A DNA stretch of 64,000 nt from Paraphysomonas bandaiensis (Eukaryota; Protista; Chrysophyceae): the NCBI GenBank assembly GCA_965644295.1, contig CBFFRP010000200.1:188876-252875 (forward strand), given 5' to 3'. Every line of letters begins with the position of its first letter. The first letter of the stretch is position 1. Below the pieces are notes generated by a model. It did no database searches, had not been told where the DNA came from, and saw only the letters and a list, made by a program, of their open reading frames with translations. This document shows, piece by piece, positions 1 to 8,959 of this stretch. The position numbers and the translations under genes were made by a program.

Positions 1-408
1 TATTTGCTGCAATTCCATAACATTTGAATCTACAGGGTCATCACAACTCATGCCATCTTCTTGTGAGACAGTTTCACTAACTGTCTCAGGGTTCTTAACA
101 TTGTTTTCCTTTTTTGATTGGGACAATACATGCCCGCTCGAACACTGCGAAGGAGCTACTGGAGTATCTCGACTGATATCCACAAGCTCCAGGGCAATTT
201 TGCTTCCGCATAAGTCTGGGATGTAAGTGCATATTACTTCCGCAGCATCTTCGGTGGGCATATTGGGATCTCCACAGACCTCCACAATATAGTCCAAAAT
301 TGCATCGTCAAGAGTATCAGAATCAACATCATGCCTACATAGACAATCCCGAAAACGTGTTGAGACACTAGAGTTATTCTGTGGCTCTGTGTTTGAAATA
401 TCGGACAT
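1..408 (-). CDS. 5' part of a probable CUE-domain protein (CUEDC2-like); runs off the window edge
   Basis: Open frame from ATG at 408 to base 1, not in the ORF track: MSDISNTEPQ...DTLDDAILDYIVEVC...DSNVMELQQI. The DDAILDYIV N-terminus and the closing VMELQQI resemble CUEDC2 and the start of a CUE domain. Confidence 0.55.
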   Translation of the reverse strand, partial: MSDISNTEPQNNSSVSTRFRDCLCRHDVDSDTLDDAILDYIVEVCGDPNMPTEDAAEVICTYIPDLCGSKIALELVDISRDTPVAPSQCSSGHVLSQSKKENNVKNPETVSETVSQEDGMSCDDPVDSNVMELQQI

Positions 409-673
409 GCCTTTAGCTGATCCCTCACATTTATTGGATAGAGATATGAGGTCTCTAAGAACCTCCTCTCGATCGCTAGCACTGACAGACAGCACGGCCG
501 GACACACATTGCACACTACATCCATTTTATCGTTGATTGATAGAGAGCTGTCAGTGAGTGCATTGACTATATAATGAGCAGTGTGGTTGTCAAGGGAATC
601 ATTGTGCTTTACTCCTCTCGACTGAAGAGCTGATAGCATAGCAGACAATACTCTATCAGTCATATCACAGCAC

Positions 674-752
674 ACAGATGTAGACAGATACAGACAGAGG
701 TAGACAGAGGTAGACAGATGTAGACAGAGGTAGACAGATGTAGACAGAGGTA
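674..752. repeat. 10-bp tandem repeat (GTAGACAGAK)n
   Basis: About 7-8 units of gtagacagag/gtagacagat read directly. Confidence 0.9.
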
Positions 753-1095
753 GAAGCTATCCGATAATACAATTCAAGTGTGATGCATCTCAACACTCTA
801 TATCTCTATAGGAAGATGCACGAGGGTCTGCTCTGGTCTGGTCTGGTCTGCTCTGCTCTGTATTGGAAGCTCTGGCTTGTTGATGTGTTTAACGGACCTC
901 ACAACATGTATCGTACCGTACACGGATCGTTGGCCGGGTTACATATTTCATTATGTACCTATATACCTGTACTTGCCTACATACGCACAAGGTGTATGGG
1001 TACAGTCGTGCTGGTATCTGTACACACATATATATGTATGTGATTGATGGGTTCGGCTATTGATACAAATGCATTGCCATCATTGATTACAGTGC

Positions 1096-2391
1096 ATGTC
1101 CCTTCTGCTACTGTTTCTCTTCTCATCATCTTCAGCCTGTACCCTGTACCTGGCCCCCTCATCTCTCCCTGGTGCTGGACTGGGAGTGTTCACAGGTATC
1201 GATCTAAAGAAGAAGACGGGCGTTGAAAGAGGCCACACTGTATTGATAGAGAATCTATTGATACAAGAATTACATCTATTGAATTATGTGTATGCATCTC
1301 ATAATGGTGACTATGCGATATGTGTGTTTGGTGCATCCATGATGTTCAATCATCTCGACTCCCCTAACTTAGAGAGGACATGGGAGCCCGGAGACATACC
1401 AGACGTACAAAGTATTGCACTTAGACCATACGGTGTATATAAAGAGTTACAATTTGGTGCTCGGAGAGATATATTAGCTGGAGAAGAACTTTTCTCGAAA
1501 TATGGAGGCGCAGATTGGTTTGATGCACGTGGTATCCCGTACGACCCTTCTATAACGGCTCCTGTTTCGAGATATACGGTTGAAGAATTGCAACAAGTCG
1601 GCCACTGTATCAGTGATATTCATATTGGGAGCTCGCGGATGACAGGGGCCGGGAAGGGGGTATTTGCTAGCAGGAATTTTAGAAAAGGTGAATTGATATC
1701 GATCTCTCCTGTATTCATAGCTCCCAAGCACACTATTATGAGGGAAGGAGCTAGTTCTTTTCTCATTAACTACTGTATTACTTCTCAAGACAGTGATGTT
1801 GTGGTGATTCCTTTTGGAAATGCTGCTATGGCTAATCATGGTGGATCGGATGCAAACATGCGTTTTGAATGGTATGATTGGAAGACAGGTAACTCCAGCA
1901 ATGATGCTGTGGCCAAAATGAATGTGTCGGAACTTGTTGCCTCGCCATCGGCGCCGCTATATATGGGATATTACGCTACCGTGGATGTGCAGCGAGGGGA
2001 TGAGCTTACTATAAACTATGGGCCGAAGTGGGAGCATGAATGGTTACGTTATCTCCGTGTGTTGGAGCAGTGGTTTGATGAGTATGGGTATGAGGATCCT
2101 ACACGTGCACCACAATTCAGAGAGCCAATAGCTGCTCCAAATAGTTTCTTTCCCCCTAGTTTTGAAATTAATTGTGTAGGTCATGACTGCGGCGATATGT
2201 CGCGAGTATATAGCAACGCCAAGCTCAACGAACGTCTGAATATGAAACGCAGTCAGACACTCACTCCTGAATCGATTAAGATATCTCGTCGTGAAATTAA
2301 CGAAAAGTCAGTTCGAAATGCAGATTCTTCTTGCCGCACTGAATCAATATTTTCAGTATCGACTTTATTAAGATATTTAGGTGTCGAGTGA
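1096..2391 (+). CDS. Signal-peptide-bearing protein with two tandem SET (lysine methyltransferase) domains
   Basis: Intronless 431 aa with hydrophobic N-terminus MSLLLLFLFSSSSA. SET motifs occur twice: GAGLGVF...MFNH...RDILAGEELFSKYG and GAGKGVF...MANH...VQRGDELTINYG. Confidence 0.85.
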   Translation: MSLLLLFLFSSSSACTLYLAPSSLPGAGLGVFTGIDLKKKTGVERGHTVLIENLLIQELHLLNYVYASHNGDYAICVFGASMMFNHLDSPNLERTWEPGDIPDVQSIALRPYGVYKELQFGARRDILAGEELFSKYGGADWFDARGIPYDPSITAPVSRYTVEELQQVGHCISDIHIGSSRMTGAGKGVFASRNFRKGELISISPVFIAPKHTIMREGASSFLINYCITSQDSDVVVIPFGNAAMANHGGSDANMRFEWYDWKTGNSSNDAVAKMNVSELVASPSAPLYMGYYATVDVQRGDELTINYGPKWEHEWLRYLRVLEQWFDEYGYEDPTRAPQFREPIAAPNSFFPPSFEINCVGHDCGDMSRVYSNAKLNERLNMKRSQTLTPESIKISRREINEKSVRNADSSCRTESIFSVSTLLRYLGVE

Positions 2392-2926
2392 TTTGACTAT
2401 TGTTGTCCTGGTAACTAACCAGATCGAGCATATGTTGGAGTTAGACATATCTTGGTATTGAATCGAAACCCTGTTTTACTGTACAATACTGTCGAAGTGA
2501 AAGCGTTTGTCTCATTTACTGTATAAGTCTAGGTTGAATTTATGCATGTAGTGACTAGCAAGCCCCAAAAACAACTCTGTTGGTGATAGTTGCAGCCAGA
2601 ATGTAAAACTGTGAAAAATACAAAATGATGAACATATTATACTCAGCAAAATGTAACCATGAAATATTAGAACTGAAGTATGAAAGGACCTATTTAAATC
2701 CATATATAGAATTGTGATTAGAAAAAAATCTAGTAGAGAAATGGAGCAACAATCTGCAATGGAAAGAGGTAAAATTAGATTCGAACTACTTGAGGCTAAA
2801 ATTAATAAGTATTGTTAAAAAGTTGCAGTTAAAAAAAGCACATTACTCTGCAACAATAAAAATTGATGGCTTCAGTAATTGATCATGCACATTGTTTCAA
2901 CGAGTTACATTACTCTTATTCTTATA

Positions 2927-3138
2927 CAGTAATGAATGTCTTGTTATAAGCAATATGCGTGTAAGAGTCAGAAATAATGTAGGAAAACAATTTAGTAACT
3001 ATCTAGTGCTTAACTCTGATATCCTACTATTTGGCGCTACGAAAGCTGCTTGTGCGTCACCGAAAGCACCAAGTTGTGACCACTTTTGCTCTATAACTCA
3101 AAGCAAACGTAGTGAGCAAGCATACTGTTGATATATAC
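2927..3138 (-). mobile_element. Ribozyme-headed retroposon family, copy A (5'-truncated, 3' part only)
   Basis: Closely similar to 18154-18340, 48967-49141 (opposite strand) and 59803-59965, e.g. gcttaactctgatatcctactatttggcgctacgaaagctgctt. Ends at the copia insertion site. Confidence 0.8.
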
Positions 3139-3431
3139 TGTTGGGAAATGCTCATTTTACTTAGATCAAAGAGAGATTAAGTTGTTAGACTAGATAGATT
3201 TATTAATATCGTTTACACGAATTGTGTTAAACAACACAAGCTCGTTTTGTGCCATGCATAAATCACTACTTCTGTAGACCTTTCGCTACTAAACATATCT
3301 TGAAAGAGCAAACTATTTCAGTTTTCTCAATATCATAACAGCATCTACACATCACCATACTTCACTGTATTCTCGTACATTGTCTTCAAGTACCACATTG
3401 AATATACTAGGATACAGTCCATATTCTAATA
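3139..3431 (-). repeat. 3' LTR of copia element
   Basis: No differences from 8301-8593 found on visual comparison. Confidence 0.97.
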
Positions 3432-3604
3432 CTCCCACTCAATGTAGAATGCAGTGATACGAAACAACAATGAGTACAGTGATCTTCATGCTATAAACTA
3501 GTCTCATAGGTAAAATAGATGTGAAATCTTATCAAGATACATATATAACTAGCAGTCAACTAGATATATAGTTATGTGGGATTCTCACCCACTAAAACAC
3601 ACCT

Positions 3605-6600
3605 TTAACCTCTTCGGGGTCGCTTCTTCTGCTGCTCCTCAACTCTGGTTGACACACTTCTCTTAACCCCGGTAATAGTTTTCTCATGACGACTGAAAAG
3701 TTTCGTTGACAATGCCTTCGTGAAAATATCAGCCGCCATATCATCCGTCGACACATGAATCAACTTTGCCGTAGGAAATTTTCCATTTACATGCTCTCTC
3801 ACCCAGTGATACTTGATGTCTATATGCTTCGACCTCTTATGATACACAGGATTCTCGGAGAGATCTTTCGCACTCTTGCTATCCATAAAGAATGGAGTCG
3901 GCTTCGCAACTAAGAGCCCGAGCTCCTTGAACACCCCCCGAAGCCACACCAGTTCTTGCATAGCCGCATACTCCGCCATATATTCAGATTCCATGCTCGA
4001 AGTTGCAACTGTGGTCTGTAGTTTAGACTGCCAGGCCAATGCGCCTGCACATAAGAACACAATGTATCCTGTTGTCGATCGCCGAGTCAGTCTATCACCA
4101 GCCCAATCTGAATCACTGAACACATGTAAGTCGAACTCACTCCCACTGAATCTGATGCCCTCATCAATTGTTCCACGCAAATATTTCAATAAGTGAATCG
4201 CCAGTTTGCACGATGCATATGTCGGACAACTACTAAATCGAGACAATAACCCCACTGCATAAGCCAGATCAGGTCTAGTATGCATTGCTAGATACAACAC
4301 TGCTCCAATAATTTGCCGATACGGAAATGAGTCAACCCACTGCTTCTGCTCCTCCGTAAGTTCACGTTCCTCTGCCAACAGATCCTGAACATTAGTAGGT
4401 AGTGGGGCCTCCTTATTCTTACTACTCTTTCCCATAACTGAGCTGAATTTCTTGATAATATTCTTAGCATACTCAGATTGATCTAACATATACCAATTTT
4501 CTCCTCTGGTTATCCTGATGTTCAGAAATCGCTTACACACTCCCAGATCATGCATCTCGAATGTTTCACAGAACCTACGCTTTACGCTTTCCAAGTAAGT
4601 CAGATCAGCGGATGCAATTATGATATCATCAACATATATCAATAATAAATGCAGTTTTCCGTTACTCCATCGCATATACAAACACGTATCCAAAATACAC
4701 GGAGTAAAATGCAATGATTTAATAAACTTGTCAATATGTTTATTCCACTGTCGCGGTGAAGATCGCAGTCCATACAATGCCTTGATTAGTTGAAAACACC
4801 ATCCAGCTAGTAATTCCTCATCTGGTGGAGGTGCCATATACACGTCATCCTCCAGATCTGCATAGCAAAATGCGGATGATACATCTAATTGATGCACATG
4901 CATCTGTAACATAAACGCAATCGCTAACACTAGTCTAATGGTTATACCCTTAACCACTGGAGCGAAAGTGGACGGCTCCTCCTCCTTCTTCTCTTGGAGA
5001 TTTCCTAATGCCACTAGCCGAGCCTTGTACTTTACTATATTCCCTAGTATGTCTCGCTTCACCGTATGCACATATTTCGCTCTAACTAATTTCACTCCGC
5101 TTGGAATTTTCACGATCTTCAAGACACGTCTTTTCAGCAATGATGTCTTCTCCACCATTCGAGCTTTTCTCCATTGTTGATACTGTGGAGATCTCTCTGC
5201 CTCGGCATATGAATTTGGTATCTTGATATCTTCTGTCTCTGCATGGTTAAGATCAATATTATGCGCATCCGGTACTTCAACCATATTAATCTCTCCTAAA
5301 ACTGACGCGTTTGCCAGTCTCCGCTGCAGCCGTTTGCGTCGGACCCGACCATCACCATCTAGTTCAATCGGTCGACGAGGTATATAAGAACCCATACCTT
5401 GCTCATCCTGAGCACGCACATCGTGCGTTGTGGGAGGAGCCCCGCTCACAACCCCAGACTCATAGTCTTCAGAGGTCTGCAACCTCACAGCTGTCTCCTG
5501 ACAGGTTGGGTCAGGACTCTCCTGTAACCCTCCAGGTCTTCCCTGGTCCAGCACCCTGGCTGGCATAGTACTCAGGGCGTCCCCCTTTCCTATATATCCG
5601 GTATTCCCGGGAGTTTCTGCAGTCATTCGCACTACGTCCTCGACGTGAATCGGCACCCGGTGCTCGATATGCTTCCGACCTGCAGTTACCAGAGATCGAT
5701 AGGCTACTATTACCCCCTTTCGTTCTACTACTCTCGTGGTCTTGTAGAGAAGACCATCCTCATCATCAATATGATATGTACCTTCTAAGCCCGCATAGTC
5801 AGACACAATTTTCGGTCTCTCGGCCTCCTTCACTCGAAGAGCATCTATCTCAGCGAAATAGCTCTCCGAGCGTGACGGTATGGACTCATCAGTTAATACA
5901 TGTACCGACGTGACGACCCTATCAGTCGCAGGTAGATATACATCATATCCTACCTTTTCATCTGAATATCCTATCAGATATCCGATAAGGGCCTTGTCGT
6001 CCCAGTCTTTCCGTCGATCCGCCTTTGTAGTGAGGACATACGCACGACACCCCCATACTCTGAGATATTTCAGGTTGGGAGCCTCACCAGTCAAAAATTC
6101 AAGAGGGGACATATACCCCTTCGCTGTCTTTGTAGGCAATCGAATTAATATGTACCTGGCTGCCATGTAGGCATCTAGCCAAAACTGTGAAGGCAATCCT
6201 GACTGAATCAGCATCGCTAATGTCATCTCACCACAGGTCCTGAATTTCCGCTCCTCAATCGCGTTCATCTCAGGAGAGTCCGTAGAGCTCCACGTATGTT
6301 GATAGCAACCCTGTGACCTAAGATATTGTCGCAGCTCATCACATATTAGCTCCCCTGCTCCATCTGCATGGTAATGATGCATTTCTAATTTGTACCTTTT
6401 CACATCTCCTTCAAAAATCTTCTTGAAAACCTGCAGTACCGATGACCCAGTCCTATGAACAAGCCCTTCCGACCAGAACATCCGACTGGCATGGTGTGTT
6501 AGTTTGAGCACATATATTTCCCCTCCTCGAGCTGGACAATTTAAGTATACTGCTATATCGGCCGAGAAATTTGGACGAACGGAGTCCTCATCCTTTGTCC

Positions 6601-8317
6601 GAAAACTTACTCTGGTGATCTTCGCCCTGGCGCATACATCACATAGACACTGTTCTTTGGAAACACGTTTCGAGAGATGTTTTCGTTTCAGTCCAGTCCC
6701 AATAATTAGCATTCTTTTGTGGGCTTCTACCAACGCATGCTTGTTAAAATGACCCGCTCTCCTATGTAACAGCTCCAGTTCATCCTCACCCGTACGGTCA
6801 CTGAGATTTACTTCTGAATCACTGGATGTCGATACGTCTGGAAGCTCCAATAACTGCTGTGTTGGCACAGCAGTCATTCCATTCTTCATAGGTCCCTCCA
6901 ACACCAGCTCATCCGTATTTCTGTCATATATCTGTATACCATACCATACAGTAAATCGATATCCCATATCGTTCAACTTCCGTCCAGAACAAAGACACCG
7001 ATTTATCTGACTTGATACCTCAATGTTCTTCCATGCTCCACGGGAACCTACACTCGTGACGCATATCTCTGACCCTTTTTTCGAACCATTAATAACCTTT
7101 GATGTGTGCATATGACTATCAAGTATATTCACATCATTTATCAAAAACATTGATGACGAACAACAGGTATCAATGTATGTATAGTGAATATCCTCATGCA
7201 CACTACTGCATATATTCGTCTCATACACATTACATGACAAGTGATACTCTTCCTGTTGCTCGATCATATTTGCTTCGTCTTCGTCAGACAAATCCGCTGG
7301 CTCTCCACGCCTGATGTTTTCAACTGTAAGTAGTCTTTTGTCTGGTTTCCTTCCATCTTGAAACCTCACAGCCTTGCTCTTGCTTTGCGAGTACTTCTTT
7401 TTCGATGCTGGACAATCGATGGCAAGATGTTCCTTTGACTTACAATTTCTGCACCCAGTATATTCGGCACTTCCAGGTCGCTGCCCTGTAATCTCTGTAT
7501 CCTTCTTCATCGGCTTCTTCTTACCGTTGTTCTTCTTACGATGATCCCTCTCTCTGCGATATCGTTTCTTACTGTCTATCAGGTTCAGCTCCTCCACTCT
7601 TTTACGCTTCTTCTCCAACGCTTCCTTCCCAGCCATAGTATCATCATAGCCTTCTATCTTACGTGATACAGTTACATAATTAACATCATCATCCATCAAG
7701 TATAATCCAACTCTCAGTTGAGCATACTCTTCATTGAGCAAGCCTTCTCGTAGTCGACTTGTTTTTGATACCTCCGAGATATCCTGCTGCTGCTCCTGTA
7801 GTTCCTTCAGCAGTAGTTCGAACCGTAGTACGTAGTCCTTCGCCGTCTCCTCCGGACGCATACGGAAAGAACCATATTGAGTTAAGAGGTCACTGATCCT
7901 ATTTTGCTTCCCTCCAGCAAAACACTTCTTCAACTCATCAATCATTACATGTGTTTTGAACCTGTTTACACCACTCCCTTCTGCCTTGAACGCTTTGTGG
8001 GTAAGATGGAATTTACGCAGCGCTTTCGGGGAATGCTGCACCGCATCCCTGCAGTAAGAATAAGCTATGGCGTTCGCCTTCCAATACCTCTTCACAGCCT
8101 GTCTGTACGCCTTCTCCTCCATCAACGTAAGTGGCTGCTCCCCGAAGTCGCTCTCCTTAGGTGGCAGTTCCACCGCTACCTCGCTTTGTTCCTTCCTCAT
8201 AAGGAATGTCTCGAAGTCCTCAATCCATTGTTCAACGTTAGTCTCGTTGAACTGAGGAACTACTCCTCTATCCTCCTTCTCTCCTCCTCGCTCGCTACCA
8301 TGTTGGGAAATGCTCAT
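3605..8317 (-). CDS. Copia Gag-Pol polyprotein (Gag/zinc knuckle, protease, integrase, RT, RNase H)
   Basis: 1570 aa. CRNCKSKEHLAIDC knuckle; HRRAGH...CDVC zinc motif; integrase ADI/ADGAGE/EERKFR; KYKARLVA, LDVSSAF, LYGLRSS and YVDD in RT; SDSDWA, ESEY and ADIFTK in RNase H. IN-before-RT order defines copia. Confidence 0.98.
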   Translation of the reverse strand: MSISQHGSERGGEKEDRGVVPQFNETNVEQWIEDFETFLMRKEQSEVAVELPPKESDFGEQPLTLMEEKAYRQAVKRYWKANAIAYSYCRDAVQHSPKALRKFHLTHKAFKAEGSGVNRFKTHVMIDELKKCFAGGKQNRISDLLTQYGSFRMRPEETAKDYVLRFELLLKELQEQQQDISEVSKTSRLREGLLNEEYAQLRVGLYLMDDDVNYVTVSRKIEGYDDTMAGKEALEKKRKRVEELNLIDSKKRYRRERDHRKKNNGKKKPMKKDTEITGQRPGSAEYTGCRNCKSKEHLAIDCPASKKKYSQSKSKAVRFQDGRKPDKRLLTVENIRRGEPADLSDEDEANMIEQQEEYHLSCNVYETNICSSVHEDIHYTYIDTCCSSSMFLINDVNILDSHMHTSKVINGSKKGSEICVTSVGSRGAWKNIEVSSQINRCLCSGRKLNDMGYRFTVWYGIQIYDRNTDELVLEGPMKNGMTAVPTQQLLELPDVSTSSDSEVNLSDRTGEDELELLHRRAGHFNKHALVEAHKRMLIIGTGLKRKHLSKRVSKEQCLCDVCARAKITRVSFRTKDEDSVRPNFSADIAVYLNCPARGGEIYVLKLTHHASRMFWSEGLVHRTGSSVLQVFKKIFEGDVKRYKLEMHHYHADGAGELICDELRQYLRSQGCYQHTWSSTDSPEMNAIEERKFRTCGEMTLAMLIQSGLPSQFWLDAYMAARYILIRLPTKTAKGYMSPLEFLTGEAPNLKYLRVWGCRAYVLTTKADRRKDWDDKALIGYLIGYSDEKVGYDVYLPATDRVVTSVHVLTDESIPSRSESYFAEIDALRVKEAERPKIVSDYAGLEGTYHIDDEDGLLYKTTRVVERKGVIVAYRSLVTAGRKHIEHRVPIHVEDVVRMTAETPGNTGYIGKGDALSTMPARVLDQGRPGGLQESPDPTCQETAVRLQTSEDYESGVVSGAPPTTHDVRAQDEQGMGSYIPRRPIELDGDGRVRRKRLQRRLANASVLGEINMVEVPDAHNIDLNHAETEDIKIPNSYAEAERSPQYQQWRKARMVEKTSLLKRRVLKIVKIPSGVKLVRAKYVHTVKRDILGNIVKYKARLVALGNLQEKKEEEPSTFAPVVKGITIRLVLAIAFMLQMHVHQLDVSSAFCYADLEDDVYMAPPPDEELLAGWCFQLIKALYGLRSSPRQWNKHIDKFIKSLHFTPCILDTCLYMRWSNGKLHLLLIYVDDIIIASADLTYLESVKRRFCETFEMHDLGVCKRFLNIRITRGENWYMLDQSEYAKNIIKKFSSVMGKSSKNKEAPLPTNVQDLLAEERELTEEQKQWVDSFPYRQIIGAVLYLAMHTRPDLAYAVGLLSRFSSCPTYASCKLAIHLLKYLRGTIDEGIRFSGSEFDLHVFSDSDWAGDRLTRRSTTGYIVFLCAGALAWQSKLQTTVATSSMESEYMAEYAAMQELVWLRGVFKELGLLVAKPTPFFMDSKSAKDLSENPVYHKRSKHIDIKYHWVREHVNGKFPTAKLIHVSTDDMAADIFTKALSTKLFSRHEKTITGVKRSVSTRVEEQQKKRPRRG

Positions 8318-8593
8318 TTTACTTAGATCAAAGAGAGATTAAGTTGTTAGACTAGATAGATTTATTAATATCGTTTACACGAATTGTGTTAAACAACACA
8401 AGCTCGTTTTGTGCCATGCATAAATCACTACTTCTGTAGACCTTTCGCTACTAAACATATCTTGAAAGAGCAAACTATTTCAGTTTTCTCAATATCATAA
8501 CAGCATCTACACATCACCATACTTCACTGTATTCTCGTACATTGTCTTCAAGTACCACATTGAATATACTAGGATACAGTCCATATTCTAATA
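8301..8593 (-). repeat. 5' LTR of copia element
   Basis: Direct repeat of 3139-3431; PBS immediately adjacent at 8290-8300. Confidence 0.97.
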
Positions 8594-8959
8594 TATACTG
8601 TTGATACTGTTGTATGAAGTATAAGCCATCTAGCCATCAATTAACGAATGCAAATATATATTACACTTTACTTTGACTAGAGGTGTTTACAAAACTACTT
8701 GAGCTTTTCACTTTTCTTCGTTTCGAGCCACAATATACTCTAACCGACAAACTTTTGCAACAACTCATATATGAACACAAAAAGGAGGAAGCTGTGTCAT
8801 ACTAGTTCAACGATGAGAAATATATAGTTAATTAGCTAACAAAATAAAATACATACACCATCTATGTACTACAAGTCATTCGGAATATCGACGCAATTCG
8901 TTTGATGATAGCAAGACAATTGCCAATCTACATGATGTCAATTAGTAGTTTCACCGCAA

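Larger units (their letters stand above)
3139..8593 (-). mobile_element. Intact Ty1/copia LTR retrotransposon
   Basis: Two 293-bp LTRs (3139-3431, 8301-8593); 5-bp TSD TATAC (3134-3138, 8594-8598); PBS TGGTAGCGAGC next to the 5' LTR; PPT TGAGTGGGAG next to the 3' LTR; single gag-pol ORF. Confidence 0.98.

Noticed and set aside
674-752. Short direct repeats as a CRISPR-like array
   Set aside because: Contiguous 10-mers without unique spacers, eukaryotic context, no cas genes.
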